From contig JBGCEP010000045.1 in assembly GCA_045106415.1 (NCBI GenBank), positions 1 to 64,000 of the forward strand: a stretch of 64,000 nucleotides of DNA, read 5' to 3'. Positions 19,871 to 29,605 of the stretch are shown piece by piece; positions within the stretch are counted from its first letter, which is position 1, and each line of letters opens with the position of its first letter. This DNA comes from Oligoflexales bacterium (GTDB lineage Bacteria; Bdellovibrionota_B; Oligoflexia; Oligoflexales; Bog-1112). The position numbers and the translations under genes were made by a program. The notes under the pieces were generated by a model that did not search any database, was not told the DNA's origin, and worked only from the letters and a program-made list of their open reading frames with translations.

Positions 19871-21937
19871 TTAATGAGAATGAGTCATTTTTTTTAAAAA
19901 GCGGATGTCTTGTTGCAAAGAGTCTAGATGCCCTGAGGGAGCATAAATAAGACTTTTTTCAAAATATGTTAGCGCATCTTGCCAGTGATGTGTATGTTTT
20001 GCTGTTTTTCCAAGAGTTTGAAACCATGCATATTCAAAACCCTTATGAGGTTCTAGGTCACGTATTTTTTTTGCAGGCCAATGTTTGTTTGAGCGCAGTC
20101 GAAGCCAATGATGAATCCATTTTTTATCGTTTTCTTTAGGTATTTCCCCCCACCCTGCTAGATATAGCCTCCATGGCTTCTCATCTATTTTTCGTCGAGC
20201 AAGGATGTGCCGCTTCCATCCACCTATATTCCATGTTTTTGTTTGTTCTAAAAGATTTTCTAAAAGTTTTTCACTTTTGTTTTTCTGGTTTAAAAGAAAA
20301 TGTAGATCACTTTCTAATAAAGTAAGTCGTATATCTTCTAAAACCTTTGGGGGGGAGCTTTTTGTTTTTTGTATTTCATTGAGGGCTCTTTCTAAGTCTG
20401 CTGGAAGATAGCGAAGTGTTTTTAGCAGGGTCCTTTTATAAGGCGAAGCGCCTGTGAAAACTTCTCTCCATAGGCCGTGGTGTTCCGGTGCATAATTCAA
20501 TGGCAACATCATTTTCTTGAAAAAATTAGAAGAATTTCGGTATTGGCGCAAATCAGCGAGGCTATGTGTGCAACGTCTTTTCCAAAGAGAAGGTTCTCGA
20601 AAAATTCTTTGAGCTAGAAGTTTTGCTTTTTCTAAGTTTGTTGTTGTTCTTAAAAATTTTTTCCATTGTTCTACCCAGTCTTCTATAGGTCGACCTGTTA
20701 GAGTTATTAAGGATTGTCCTTCATAGAGTTTTAAAACATGACGTTGAGATGTTCTCTCTGCTATAAATAATAAAAAAGATCCAGCAACTGTATAAGCTTG
20801 TTGTCCATTGTGTGACCAAAAATATGGAGAAAATAAATCCTTAGGATTTTTAATTTTCCCGCTATGAAGAAGGTATGCAGAAGCGTCATGAATCGAAAGA
20901 GACGATTGTGTTGGTGCTAGTGCTACGGCTAAACCCTCAGTCAAAGCAATGTTGGGGTGAAAGCCTAAACCATGAAATGCTTTTTTAGCACTCATAGCAT
21001 GGACGAGCTCATGTCTGAGTGTGCTTAGGTTAGTAATGTGAAGGCTCGGTGTGACGACGTCTGCAACATCGGTGTAGTGGCCACCGAACCAACGTTTTTT
21101 GATTTCACTAGAGGGGTATTGATAAATATGAATATGTTCATGGTCTGGAAACCAAGATTGAAGCTCTTCAACGTGAAAATGAATTGTTTTTATAGTGATA
21201 TCTATATTTTTTGAATTTGAAGTATATAAAGTCCAATTATTTCCTTGATAATGGGTAGGTAGTGATTTTTGTAAAGCTTTATGGCCATGGTTGAACTCTG
21301 GTTGAGAGGCCTGGAAAAAAATTCCGATGATCCAAATAGATAAGAATGAAAGTGATGTTTTTTTATAATTTTTAAACCAAAGAAATAAAAAAACTCCCAA
21401 GCAAGCTTGTGTGTATCGTATAAAGATAAGTTGGGTGCTTCCTCCTATCCATTCATCGTAAATAGGGCCGTGGAGATAGCCTGCAAATATAGAAATCATT
21501 CTTTTTTGAGGAAAAAACCACAAAGTAATGAGGATTGAAGCAAGAACAGATATTAAGAAAAAAAGTTTTTTCCAAATATTTTTTTTATAAAAAACATAAG
21601 CGAAACCGTAAGTAAGAAACCATGATGGAAGCGTGTTTATTAAGCTCCAAGTGAGGAAATGCCCGTTGCTACAACCGCATAAATCAGTAGAAAAGGCGAA
21701 GAAAGGAGATAAAAATAAAAAAGGCAATGAAAAAATAATATTTTTTATTGAAGGGAAATCTTTCCATGGCCAAAGAATCGTAATTATGAAAAAAGACCAA
21801 GAAGTGATTAAGGTGCTTTCATATTCTAACTGTTGTCCAATAGGAAAAAAAAGAGGCAGAGATCCAGATAGAAAAGCAAGAGCGACAGGAGCAAGGGTTT
21901 CGATAGATATTTTTTTTGGAATGATGGCTTTTATCAT
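19871..21937 (-). CDS. Multi-TM membrane protein with a gluzincin (peptidase MA-like) domain
   Basis: About 7 N-terminal TMs, then HELVH...TEGLA; C-terminal helical/TPR-like region. Confidence 0.7.
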   Translation of the reverse strand: MIKAIIPKKISIETLAPVALAFLSGSLPLFFPIGQQLEYESTLITSWSFFIITILWPWKDFPSIKNIIFSLPFLFLSPFFAFSTDLCGCSNGHFLTWSLINTLPSWFLTYGFAYVFYKKNIWKKLFFLISVLASILITLWFFPQKRMISIFAGYLHGPIYDEWIGGSTQLIFIRYTQACLGVFLFLWFKNYKKTSLSFLSIWIIGIFFQASQPEFNHGHKALQKSLPTHYQGNNWTLYTSNSKNIDITIKTIHFHVEELQSWFPDHEHIHIYQYPSSEIKKRWFGGHYTDVADVVTPSLHITNLSTLRHELVHAMSAKKAFHGLGFHPNIALTEGLAVALAPTQSSLSIHDASAYLLHSGKIKNPKDLFSPYFWSHNGQQAYTVAGSFLLFIAERTSQRHVLKLYEGQSLITLTGRPIEDWVEQWKKFLRTTTNLEKAKLLAQRIFREPSLWKRRCTHSLADLRQYRNSSNFFKKMMLPLNYAPEHHGLWREVFTGASPYKRTLLKTLRYLPADLERALNEIQKTKSSPPKVLEDIRLTLLESDLHFLLNQKNKSEKLLENLLEQTKTWNIGGWKRHILARRKIDEKPWRLYLAGWGEIPKENDKKWIHHWLRLRSNKHWPAKKIRDLEPHKGFEYAWFQTLGKTAKHTHHWQDALTYFEKSLIYAPSGHLDSLQQDIRFLKKMTHSH

Positions 21938-22371
21938 AAGTTTTTAAAGAATTGCCAAGGGTGTGAACCTTGTCGACAAAGGGATAAAATTTTTATTTTT
22001 TCTTTTATTAAGATATCTAGATTGATGTTTTGAGCTGAATCTTGAGATTTTTCCATAGCATATTGGAGTTGTTGCTCAAGGGAGTTGAGGAGGCGAGAAA
22101 CTTGCATAGTGAAAAGAGTTTCTCCTGGAGTGAGCTGTGTTGACGACTGTTGCTCTGAGTCATAGTCTCGGAGAGGCTCATGGATAGCCTCATCAGGTAT
22201 AAGATCTACGAGAGAGCGTAAAGAGTCGATTTTTTCTCGAATGAGGGAGGCGGCTTCATGTTTGTAAACACTGGCTCGGTAGTAGTTCAGGTGCTGCCGG
22301 ATGTCCAGTGCGATCTCATGTGCTAGAGAAGCGAGCTCACGGATGGTGTCGCTGGCATGACAATTGCTCAT
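21934..22371 (-). CDS. Hypothetical helical protein
   Basis: GAGGTG RBS; 4-nt overlap with downstream gene. Confidence 0.7.
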   Translation of the reverse strand: MSNCHASDTIRELASLAHEIALDIRQHLNYYRASVYKHEAASLIREKIDSLRSLVDLIPDEAIHEPLRDYDSEQQSSTQLTPGETLFTMQVSRLLNSLEQQLQYAMEKSQDSAQNINLDILIKEKIKILSLCRQGSHPWQFFKNL

Positions 22372-22578
22372 AAAGCACCTCTTTTTATGTTTTAAGCTTA
22401 GTTCTTATTCTAGCAAGCAGGGATTAAGGTGCACAAATTCTAAGAAAAAAGTAGAGCTCGTCGGATGAAAAAAGCAGGCGATTTCCTGTGTTGAATCCAC
22501 TTGATGGCTTCAGTAGTCAGATTTTTGAGGTGAGAGTGAATATCTATTTTGTGAGATGAATTATTTTCTTTTAGGTTT

Positions 22579-23181
22579 TTATTGTCCTGGTGTGGAACCT
22601 TGTTTTGCATTCCAGTTGAGAATAACTGAAGCTTTTGAATTGGCTAGAGTCAAGTGTGAGACTGTTGATTCGAGCAGTTGTGGCGACTCATTTGATGGTA
22701 AGTCAAATAGAATAAGAAATTCTTTTGTCCAATGGTTGATAGAAGGAAAAAAAGGTTTCCACCTTTCTTTTTCATCAAGTGAACGTATTGCCATTGGAGG
22801 GGATTTAATGTCTTGCTGTTTTAGGTAAACAGACCATTGGTTTCTGTCTGAAATGTCTAGAATATCGCTTTGAGGTCCTTCTATGGAAACGAAGAAAGCT
22901 GTGCGACTACTCGTGTCTTGGAGTGCGACAGGATCTTGTTTATAGATTGTGTGATAACGATGGCGAAATCCAGCTAGAAATTCAGGAGTAAGTTTTGTGA
23001 CTGTAAGAAAGTGAATTTTATCGAAATGATGATAAACTTGAACGTCTTGTGTCCAACTCTCATATATGTCTTGATAAGTTTTATCATCAATGGGGGAGCT
23101 AGCAATCTCAACGGAGGTATTTGTCGGGTTGCTTACACAGCCCACAACGCAAAGAGTGATAAGGATAAAAATAGCCTTCAT
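22579..23181 (-). CDS. Hypothetical lipoprotein
   Basis: AGGAG RBS; lipobox VVGC. Confidence 0.75.
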   Translation of the reverse strand: MKAIFILITLCVVGCVSNPTNTSVEIASSPIDDKTYQDIYESWTQDVQVYHHFDKIHFLTVTKLTPEFLAGFRHRYHTIYKQDPVALQDTSSRTAFFVSIEGPQSDILDISDRNQWSVYLKQQDIKSPPMAIRSLDEKERWKPFFPSINHWTKEFLILFDLPSNESPQLLESTVSHLTLANSKASVILNWNAKQGSTPGQ

Positions 23182-23189
23182 TGTAACTC

Positions 23190-24110
23190 CTAGAAAGATA
23201 CGCGGTTACGCCCCGAATTTTTTGAAACATAGAGCTTCTGATCAGCTTCTTCGAGGAGTTGAAGAGCGCTTCCTGTGTGAGGTGTGAGTTCAGCAACCCC
23301 TGCAGAAACTGTCTGTTTATGCATCTCTGTTGTTCCGGTAATGTCCATGGGGTGAGCTTCCATCGATGTGAGAATTCTTTCAGCAAGGTCTTTTGCAACG
23401 CCTAAAGGAGTGTCTGGAAGAATGAGAGCAAACTCTTCTCCCCCAATGCGTCCAACAATATCGTTCTGTCTAACAACTTGTTTTATCATCTGACTACATT
23501 CTTGGAGGACCTTATCCCCAGCTTGGTGACCATAGGTATCGTTGACTTTTTTGAAGTGATCGAGATCCATGCAAATGACACAAAGACTTCTTCCTGATGC
23601 TTGGCTGGTGCGAAATTGCCATTCGAGTGCGTCTTCGAGGTATTTCTTATTAAAAAGTCCTGTGAGTCCATCCATGGTAGCCATACGATAAATTTTATCG
23701 TGGATCATGCCTTCTATATTGCCGCTGGCGTAAAATTTTAAACGGACAGCTCCTATTTTTACAGTGTCAGAATCTTGCAGCATATGAGAATCTGTAATTT
23801 TACGATTGTTGACCCATGTTCCATTGGAGCTATTAAGATCTTCAAGAACAACTTTGGAACCTTCTTGTGATATTTTTGCATGAACTCTTGAAACGCTAGG
23901 ATCTGTAATGACAAGGTCTGCGTCGACAGAACGACCCAATGTGGAAATAGCCTGCTCTAGGTTGAATCTTTTTCCAGCATCTTGCCCACTGTGCTGCACC
24001 AATAAAGGAGCGCTTGCAGGTGGTGCCTTCGCTATTTCTGTTCTTTCCGCAATGATGGTTTTTTCATCATCTTCAGACACTGTGTCCCCCTTTAATCTTT
24101 TCTTCGCCAA
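23190..24110 (-). CDS. FHA-domain diguanylate cyclase (DgcB-like)
   Basis: FHA motifs GR, SRVH, SNGT; GGEEF active site; RQND I-site; N-terminal EKT peptide. Start uncertain. Confidence 0.92.
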   Translation of the reverse strand: MAKKRLKGDTVSEDDEKTIIAERTEIAKAPPASAPLLVQHSGQDAGKRFNLEQAISTLGRSVDADLVITDPSVSRVHAKISQEGSKVVLEDLNSSNGTWVNNRKITDSHMLQDSDTVKIGAVRLKFYASGNIEGMIHDKIYRMATMDGLTGLFNKKYLEDALEWQFRTSQASGRSLCVICMDLDHFKKVNDTYGHQAGDKVLQECSQMIKQVVRQNDIVGRIGGEEFALILPDTPLGVAKDLAERILTSMEAHPMDITGTTEMHKQTVSAGVAELTPHTGSALQLLEEADQKLYVSKNSGRNRVSF

Positions 24111-25528
24111 GTGTGGAATGATTGAAGTATGTTAAATACCCAAGAAGGTACTGTGCTTTTTTTCCATGATGTTGCTGCAAACTTATTGGATTCGGAAAAA
24201 GTTGGGTACGGGTGAATTGTACTTGCGATTCCGGAGAGTCCAAATCCGTGTTGCATAGCTGCAACAATCTCTGTGTTGATTTCACCTGCGTGATGCCCGA
24301 CAATGGTTGAGCCAAGAACGCGGCCTTTCTTACTTCCTTTTTCTGTGAGTACTTTGACAAACCCGTGAGCACTGTTCTCAGCCATCGCTCGGTCGAGGTC
24401 ATCTAGAGGGTAAACAGCGACATCATAAGGAATGCCCTGTTCCTTCGCCTCTTGCTCATTGAGTCCAACTCGTCCCACTTCAGGGTCTGTAAAAGTTACC
24501 CAAGGGACGACTCGGTAGTTTGCTTTGAATTTAAAAGGACGGAAAAGAGCATTCATCGTACAGTAATAAGCTTGATGAGCTGCCATGTGAGTAAACTGAT
24601 AAGGACCAGCACAATCCCCAGCAGCAAAAATATTATGACCGTTGACCCTCATGAAGGAATCAACTTTAAATGTGCCATTTGCATTGAGTTCAATATTGAA
24701 GCGACTCCAATCGGTGCTGTCTGTGCGAGGTTTTCGACCAACGGCGACGAGGACCTCATCGAAGTCGATACTGATTTCAGAATGGTCACTTTTTTCACAT
24801 CGGAGGGTATGGGCTTTGAATTCAGCAGCTTTCGTATTGGTAAGAACTTTAACGCCGTCTTCTTCTAAGTGTTTCGTCATGAGTTCAGAGACTTCAATGT
24901 CTTCTCGAATGAGAATACGTGGCAACATTTCTATTAGGGTGACCTCTGTCCCTAAGCGTCCAAATGCTTGTGCTAGCTCACACCCTATAGGTCCACCTCC
25001 TAAGACAATCATCTTTTTAGGAAGTGTGTCTAAATTCCAGAGGTTGTCTGAGGTAAGATATGAGATGTCTTTTAAACCAGGTATTGCTGGGACTGCGGGT
25101 TCAGCCCCAAGGCTTAGAATAATGTTTTTGGTTTTTAAAACTTTATCTCCAACCTTGACTGTGTTTGCATCGATGAGTTCAGCGTGGCCTTTGAGGCATT
25201 CGACCCCAAGGCCTGTGAATCTTTCTACGCTATCATGAGGTTCAATCGCTTTGACGACATTATGAACACGACTCATGACGTCTTTGAAGTCAAAGTCAAA
25301 ATTCACATTTTTGACACCAAGTTGTTTATGTTTTTTCATGTCCGCAATAAAACGTGCTGTGCGAATGATGGCTTTTGATGGAACACAGCCTGTGTTGAGA
25401 CAGTCTCCACCCATACGGTCTTTTTCAATGAGAGCAACTTTGGACTTAGCGCCGGCAGCAATGGCAGCGCTTACTAGACCAGCAGACCCACCCCCAATAA
25501 TGACAAGGTTATAATTTGAGTCACTCAT
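24092..25528 (-). CDS. FAD-dependent pyridine nucleotide-disulfide oxidoreductase (E3/MerA-like family)
   Basis: GGGSAG, GGDCLNTGCVPSK, GGGPIG, HPYPTFSE; no C-terminal Cys-Cys. Confidence 0.9.
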   Translation of the reverse strand: MSDSNYNLVIIGGGSAGLVSAAIAAGAKSKVALIEKDRMGGDCLNTGCVPSKAIIRTARFIADMKKHKQLGVKNVNFDFDFKDVMSRVHNVVKAIEPHDSVERFTGLGVECLKGHAELIDANTVKVGDKVLKTKNIILSLGAEPAVPAIPGLKDISYLTSDNLWNLDTLPKKMIVLGGGPIGCELAQAFGRLGTEVTLIEMLPRILIREDIEVSELMTKHLEEDGVKVLTNTKAAEFKAHTLRCEKSDHSEISIDFDEVLVAVGRKPRTDSTDWSRFNIELNANGTFKVDSFMRVNGHNIFAAGDCAGPYQFTHMAAHQAYYCTMNALFRPFKFKANYRVVPWVTFTDPEVGRVGLNEQEAKEQGIPYDVAVYPLDDLDRAMAENSAHGFVKVLTEKGSKKGRVLGSTIVGHHAGEINTEIVAAMQHGFGLSGIASTIHPYPTFSESNKFAATSWKKSTVPSWVFNILQSFHTWRRKD

Positions 25529-25689
25529 ATTCAGGCTTTCGTTGATAGATAAAAACTTCTTACATTGCATTCTAACAGGACAAAGAATGAGAAAACATAT
25601 TGTCTCTTGAGGCTATCTCTGCAAAATACAGTGATATCAATTGTTTGTTATTGTGTGAGAAAAATATGCGTATCACAAAAGTGATAAAA

Positions 25690-26796
25690 TTACCTAGTCC
25701 CCGAGAACTTTTGGCAGGCTTTTATGATGGCCTTATTTTCTTCTGGTGTTCCAATACTTAAGCGGAGACATCCTTTCAGGCGCTGTCCGTCTGAAATAGC
25801 GCGTGCTAAAATTTGCCGTTCTTTTAAATGATTGTTAAACATATTCAAATTATCGTCGTTTTTAAATTGTATCATCACAAAATTTGCGTGCCCAGGGTAG
25901 AGCTTTGCAGATGAAGAAAGGTGTTTTTTCATTTCAGAGATAAGAACGGATTTTTCTTGTAACAGCGTTGCTGTCCAAGATTTTTGTTTTTTGATAAACT
26001 CTTTATCTGTGAGTAATGCCTCAATAGCAAAAGATGTAAATATGTTACTTGAAAAAGGTAGGTTGATTTTACGTATTTGCTCAACCAGCGTTGGATGGCC
26101 TAGCGTATAACCGCAACGGATTCCTGCTGAGGCGGCTGTTTTGGATAAAGTACGAATTAAAATAAGATTTGAAAAATCTTTTAACAAATAACTTAGGTTT
26201 TGTGAGCTAAATCCTAAGTAGGCCTCATCAGCAATAAATAATGTTTTAGGATAAGAGCTTAAAAGAGAGTGGAGGTCCTCGTCTTTTAAGAGGCTTCCTG
26301 TGGGGTTGTTGGGTGAGGCGAAAACCACAATGCCCCCAGGTTTTAGTGGTGGCAAAAGCTTAAGGTCGTATTCAAAGTTTGTATCAAGGGGCCAAGGCTC
26401 ATATGGAAGTCCTGCATAGCGGCAATGAGCTTTGTATAACGGGAAAGAAGGATCGGCTGCGACAACTTGTGTATGGCCAAAAGCACTTAAGGCGAGAGCA
26501 ATTAATGTGTTTGACCCTTGTCCAACGACGATGCATTCTGGGTCGATCTCACAAGTCTGTGAAAGCTGGTTGATTATTTCAACAGGGTATGGTGATGGAT
26601 AGCGGTTCCAAGAAACAGACATGACTTTGTCTACAACTCTCTGTTTCATGTCTTCAGGCCAGTCCCAAGGGCTCTCATTTTGATCGACTTTTGTGGTGAT
26701 TGAGGTTTGATCAAGTTTATAAGCTCCCGCTGAAAAAAGATGCGTTGGGACCCATAAATCAATTTGTTCAGCCGTGGGTGAGCAAGGAGTGATCAT
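25690..26796 (-). CDS. hisC: Histidinol-phosphate aminotransferase family (PLP)
   Basis: NESP, NRYP, SPNNPTG, DEAY, RTLSK. Confidence 0.85.
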   Translation of the reverse strand: MITPCSPTAEQIDLWVPTHLFSAGAYKLDQTSITTKVDQNESPWDWPEDMKQRVVDKVMSVSWNRYPSPYPVEIINQLSQTCEIDPECIVVGQGSNTLIALALSAFGHTQVVAADPSFPLYKAHCRYAGLPYEPWPLDTNFEYDLKLLPPLKPGGIVVFASPNNPTGSLLKDEDLHSLLSSYPKTLFIADEAYLGFSSQNLSYLLKDFSNLILIRTLSKTAASAGIRCGYTLGHPTLVEQIRKINLPFSSNIFTSFAIEALLTDKEFIKKQKSWTATLLQEKSVLISEMKKHLSSSAKLYPGHANFVMIQFKNDDNLNMFNNHLKERQILARAISDGQRLKGCLRLSIGTPEENKAIIKACQKFSGTR

Positions 26797-26808
26797 AAAA
26801 AATCCGGT

Positions 26809-27294
26809 TTAAAGGTTAGTGCTGACAGGCTCTGGTGTTTGTTCTGTTTGTACAAAATTTTTGGGACCGTCTTGTGAGTTGTTATCAGCGGCTTGAGTTT
26901 GCATGACTTCGAAAATGACTTGAAGAATAATGGCGTAATAACTTGCGCCAAATGCAAGACCTTTTGCGTAAAAATAAGCGAAAAACTCTGGAAAACCCAC
27001 ACGAAGAATCATGTCATAGAAAGTTGCAGCAATATTTGAGGAGGGTGCAGAGTTGCTGTGCGTTGAAAGAAAACCGTGAATTGAACCTAGAAAAGTAGGT
27101 GTTGCAATACAGCAAGCTGTGCAAACAGCAGCTGTGACAATAGCTTTGCGAATTGTTTTTGATGTTTTCGATGCTGAGTTCGGTGTGATGGACTGCTGGG
27201 ACTGGGGTGTATAACGCTGAGGGTCTGAATAGCTCACGCCTGATGTGCAGCACATAGCGAGAAGAATGATCCATGTCGTGATGATTTGAGTCAT
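26809..27294 (-). CDS. Hypothetical exported/membrane protein
   Basis: AGGAG RBS, signal peptide, internal hydrophobic segments. Confidence 0.6.
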   Translation of the reverse strand: MTQIITTWIILLAMCCTSGVSYSDPQRYTPQSQQSITPNSASKTSKTIRKAIVTAAVCTACCIATPTFLGSIHGFLSTHSNSAPSSNIAATFYDMILRVGFPEFFAYFYAKGLAFGASYYAIILQVIFEVMQTQAADNNSQDGPKNFVQTEQTPEPVSTNL

Positions 27295-27635
27295 GACTGG
27301 CTCCTGTATGAAATTTTTAAAGACGCTGTGACGATAATACGCAGAGAAATAGAGAGAGTCTAGTGATATCAGGCGTTTTTTTTTATCTGCAATGATCAGG
27401 GCTGATGTGCATGGAAATGAATTGAATTTTATTGTCAGGTTAGGTTTCTATAATAGCGAATATTTTTCGGAGATTTAAGGCGATGTTTTTATTTGATTAA
27501 TACACGGTGTTTTCAAAAAAATTGAAACAGTGTTTTGGGTCGTGTAGTGTGTATTATCTTCTGAATTTTTCTAAAAAACTTGTGAAGATTTTAATACAAC
27601 TAGATGAATGAACTTATAGAGATAAGAGGCCTTTT

Positions 27636-29054
27636 ATGATGCGTAAGGTAATTGTTACTGGATTGATAAGTGTTTTTGCACAAGGTGCAGCCTTTGGTGT
27701 TGATATTGAAACACCAAGGACACCTGCTGGAACACCAACATCTCATTTGAAATATGATTTTTTAGATATAGAAATAGAAGAAGAGACTTCAAATAAATCA
27801 TTTATCCAAAAGCACCCTTATTTGTGTACAGGAATTGTTATCAGCGCAGCGGTTGTAGGTGCAGCTGGTGGGTACCATCTTTGGTCTTCGCGTACAAATG
27901 ACATGATAATTTCAGAAAACCCAATGCTTACAAAAGGTGAATATCAAGTATTTCGATCTCCATCAGTGGTAGAAGATTGCGGTGAAGAATTTTGCGCTTA
28001 TAAAGGCTTACTGGGTAATGATGATGCGGTATTGCACCCTGTGGCACAAGAAGAAAGTGTGGATGGCAGTGGCAGTGGTGATATAGATGAAGAAACTATA
28101 GCAAACCGACACTTAAATGTTTTCGGTTTAGATGATCGAATTAAACCAGAAATGACGAAATATCCGGCAAGAACAATTGGTCGAATTGAAGTTCCTGTTT
28201 TAGATAAAGATGGGAAATTAGAATTTTTTGCAAGTGGACGAGTCAAAATTGCTACATGTACAGCGACGTTAATTTCTCGTGAATTGATCTTAACGAATAA
28301 GCACTGCATTGGTTTTGATGTGTCTCCTGATGTGTTTCCTCAAGGCTTTTATGATTTTACTAAATTTAACTTAGGTTATATTGATGGTAAAGCTATAGCT
28401 GAAAGTGGAGTCCGTCGTGTGATCACAAATAGAGGAAGATTTACAGAAGATAGAAGAAAAGATTGGGCTATTCTTCAGCTTAATGATGCTCTTGGTGATC
28501 TCTATGGGTGGCTTGGTCTGAAAGATACAGATATTGATTATTTTTCAACATCTCGTGTGGGAAATATGATTGGCTACTCTGGTGATTTAAAAGGGCAGCC
28601 AGGTGGGCACTATGATTGTGTATCTAAAGGAGCTGTAAGCACTTCTTCAGCACAAAGTGGGTTTGATTCGATTCGACATGATTGTGATGCAACAAGAGGG
28701 TCATCAGGAAGTGCTTTCTTTAATGATAATAATGTGGTCGTTGCACTGAACTATGGTGAATTTAGGGATGGTGGAAGTACTTCTCTTGAATTGAGAGATT
28801 TTTCTAATAAGTATGCAAACCTTATGATTCCAGTCGATAATTTTGCAGCAGCTGTAAATACAGCTATGAATACATGGCCGAAAAGACCTCAGTACCCAGA
28901 GGTTGATCGTTCAACTCCGACACAAGCTCCAACTCCGACACAAGCTCCAACTCCAGGTCCTGAGGACTCATCTGATATGAGTTCATCTGGTGCAGCGAAG
29001 GTTGTTGCTTGGACCATGACAGGTGGTGCTATTTGGGTTTTACTGTCTTTATAA
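27636..29054 (+). CDS. Trypsin-like (S1, V8-type) serine protease
   Basis: Triad contexts TNKHC, KDWAIL, CDATRGSSGS; signal peptide, internal TM, PT-rich linker, hydrophobic C-terminus. Confidence 0.9.
   Translation: MMRKVIVTGLISVFAQGAAFGVDIETPRTPAGTPTSHLKYDFLDIEIEEETSNKSFIQKHPYLCTGIVISAAVVGAAGGYHLWSSRTNDMIISENPMLTKGEYQVFRSPSVVEDCGEEFCAYKGLLGNDDAVLHPVAQEESVDGSGSGDIDEETIANRHLNVFGLDDRIKPEMTKYPARTIGRIEVPVLDKDGKLEFFASGRVKIATCTATLISRELILTNKHCIGFDVSPDVFPQGFYDFTKFNLGYIDGKAIAESGVRRVITNRGRFTEDRRKDWAILQLNDALGDLYGWLGLKDTDIDYFSTSRVGNMIGYSGDLKGQPGGHYDCVSKGAVSTSSAQSGFDSIRHDCDATRGSSGSAFFNDNNVVVALNYGEFRDGGSTSLELRDFSNKYANLMIPVDNFAAAVNTAMNTWPKRPQYPEVDRSTPTQAPTPTQAPTPGPEDSSDMSSSGAAKVVAWTMTGGAIWVLLSL
28911..28954 (+). 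repeat. 18-bp coding tandem repeat (TPTQAP, ~2.4 copies)
   Basis: CAACTCCGACACAAGCTC repeated exactly twice plus a partial copy. Confidence 0.85.
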
Positions 29055-29078
29055 TAAAAGTATTCCACATTTTGTGAT

Positions 29079-29108
29079 AAAAAGAGGCTTTTTAAAGTCT
29101 CTTTTTTT
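29079..29108 (+). terminator. Probable intrinsic terminator after protease
   Basis: AAAAAGAGGCTT-ttta-AAGTCTCTTTTTTT. Confidence 0.65.
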
Positions 29109-29605
29109 GTGCTTTTTTAGATTTTTGTACTGTGTGAGTAGATCTTGGTTTAGATAGAAAAATAAGATGAAAACTTAAGTGAGTAGATAGCAGTACCGTT
29201 ATAAATGTTTTGTCATGGTTTCACTCTGCATATTTTATATACAATCGCGAGAGTAAATAATTTGAAATTTCATGTTTATTACTTATGCTAAGATAAAGAG
29301 ATTCGTGAAAGGAAAATGCTGTGATAAAAACCGATCTTTATGGAGATGATTTTTAGGGCAAGTTGTTTTTCTTTTAAAAAATGTTTAGATGTATTGGTAT
29401 TGTAACATAATGTATTAATTTTAGTTGTGGCTAAGAGTGATGAATGTGAATGGTTTAGTTTGTTGCGATAGTCTTAATGTTGAGAATTGTTCTATGTGAA
29501 GTTTGAGATAAGGTTTTGTATATTAGATTTAAGGAGTTATTTAATTTAAAAGTAGAAATTATATGGATTTTTAAAAAGCACGATTGATATATAAAAGAGG
29601 TTCAA

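Noticed and set aside
24642..25238. Long antisense ORFs here and within mreB, rodA, the antiporter and fetB
   Set aside because: Mirror frames of well-supported genes.
24092..25528. Mercuric reductase (merA)
   Set aside because: No C-terminal Cys-Cys pair, no NmerA domain and no mer genes nearby.
29055..29605. 550-bp AT-rich spacer with GTGAGTAGAT twice and a weak ops-like AGCAGTACCGTT
   Set aside because: Only two 10-bp copies (not a CRISPR array); ops match too poor; no recognisable RNA structure.
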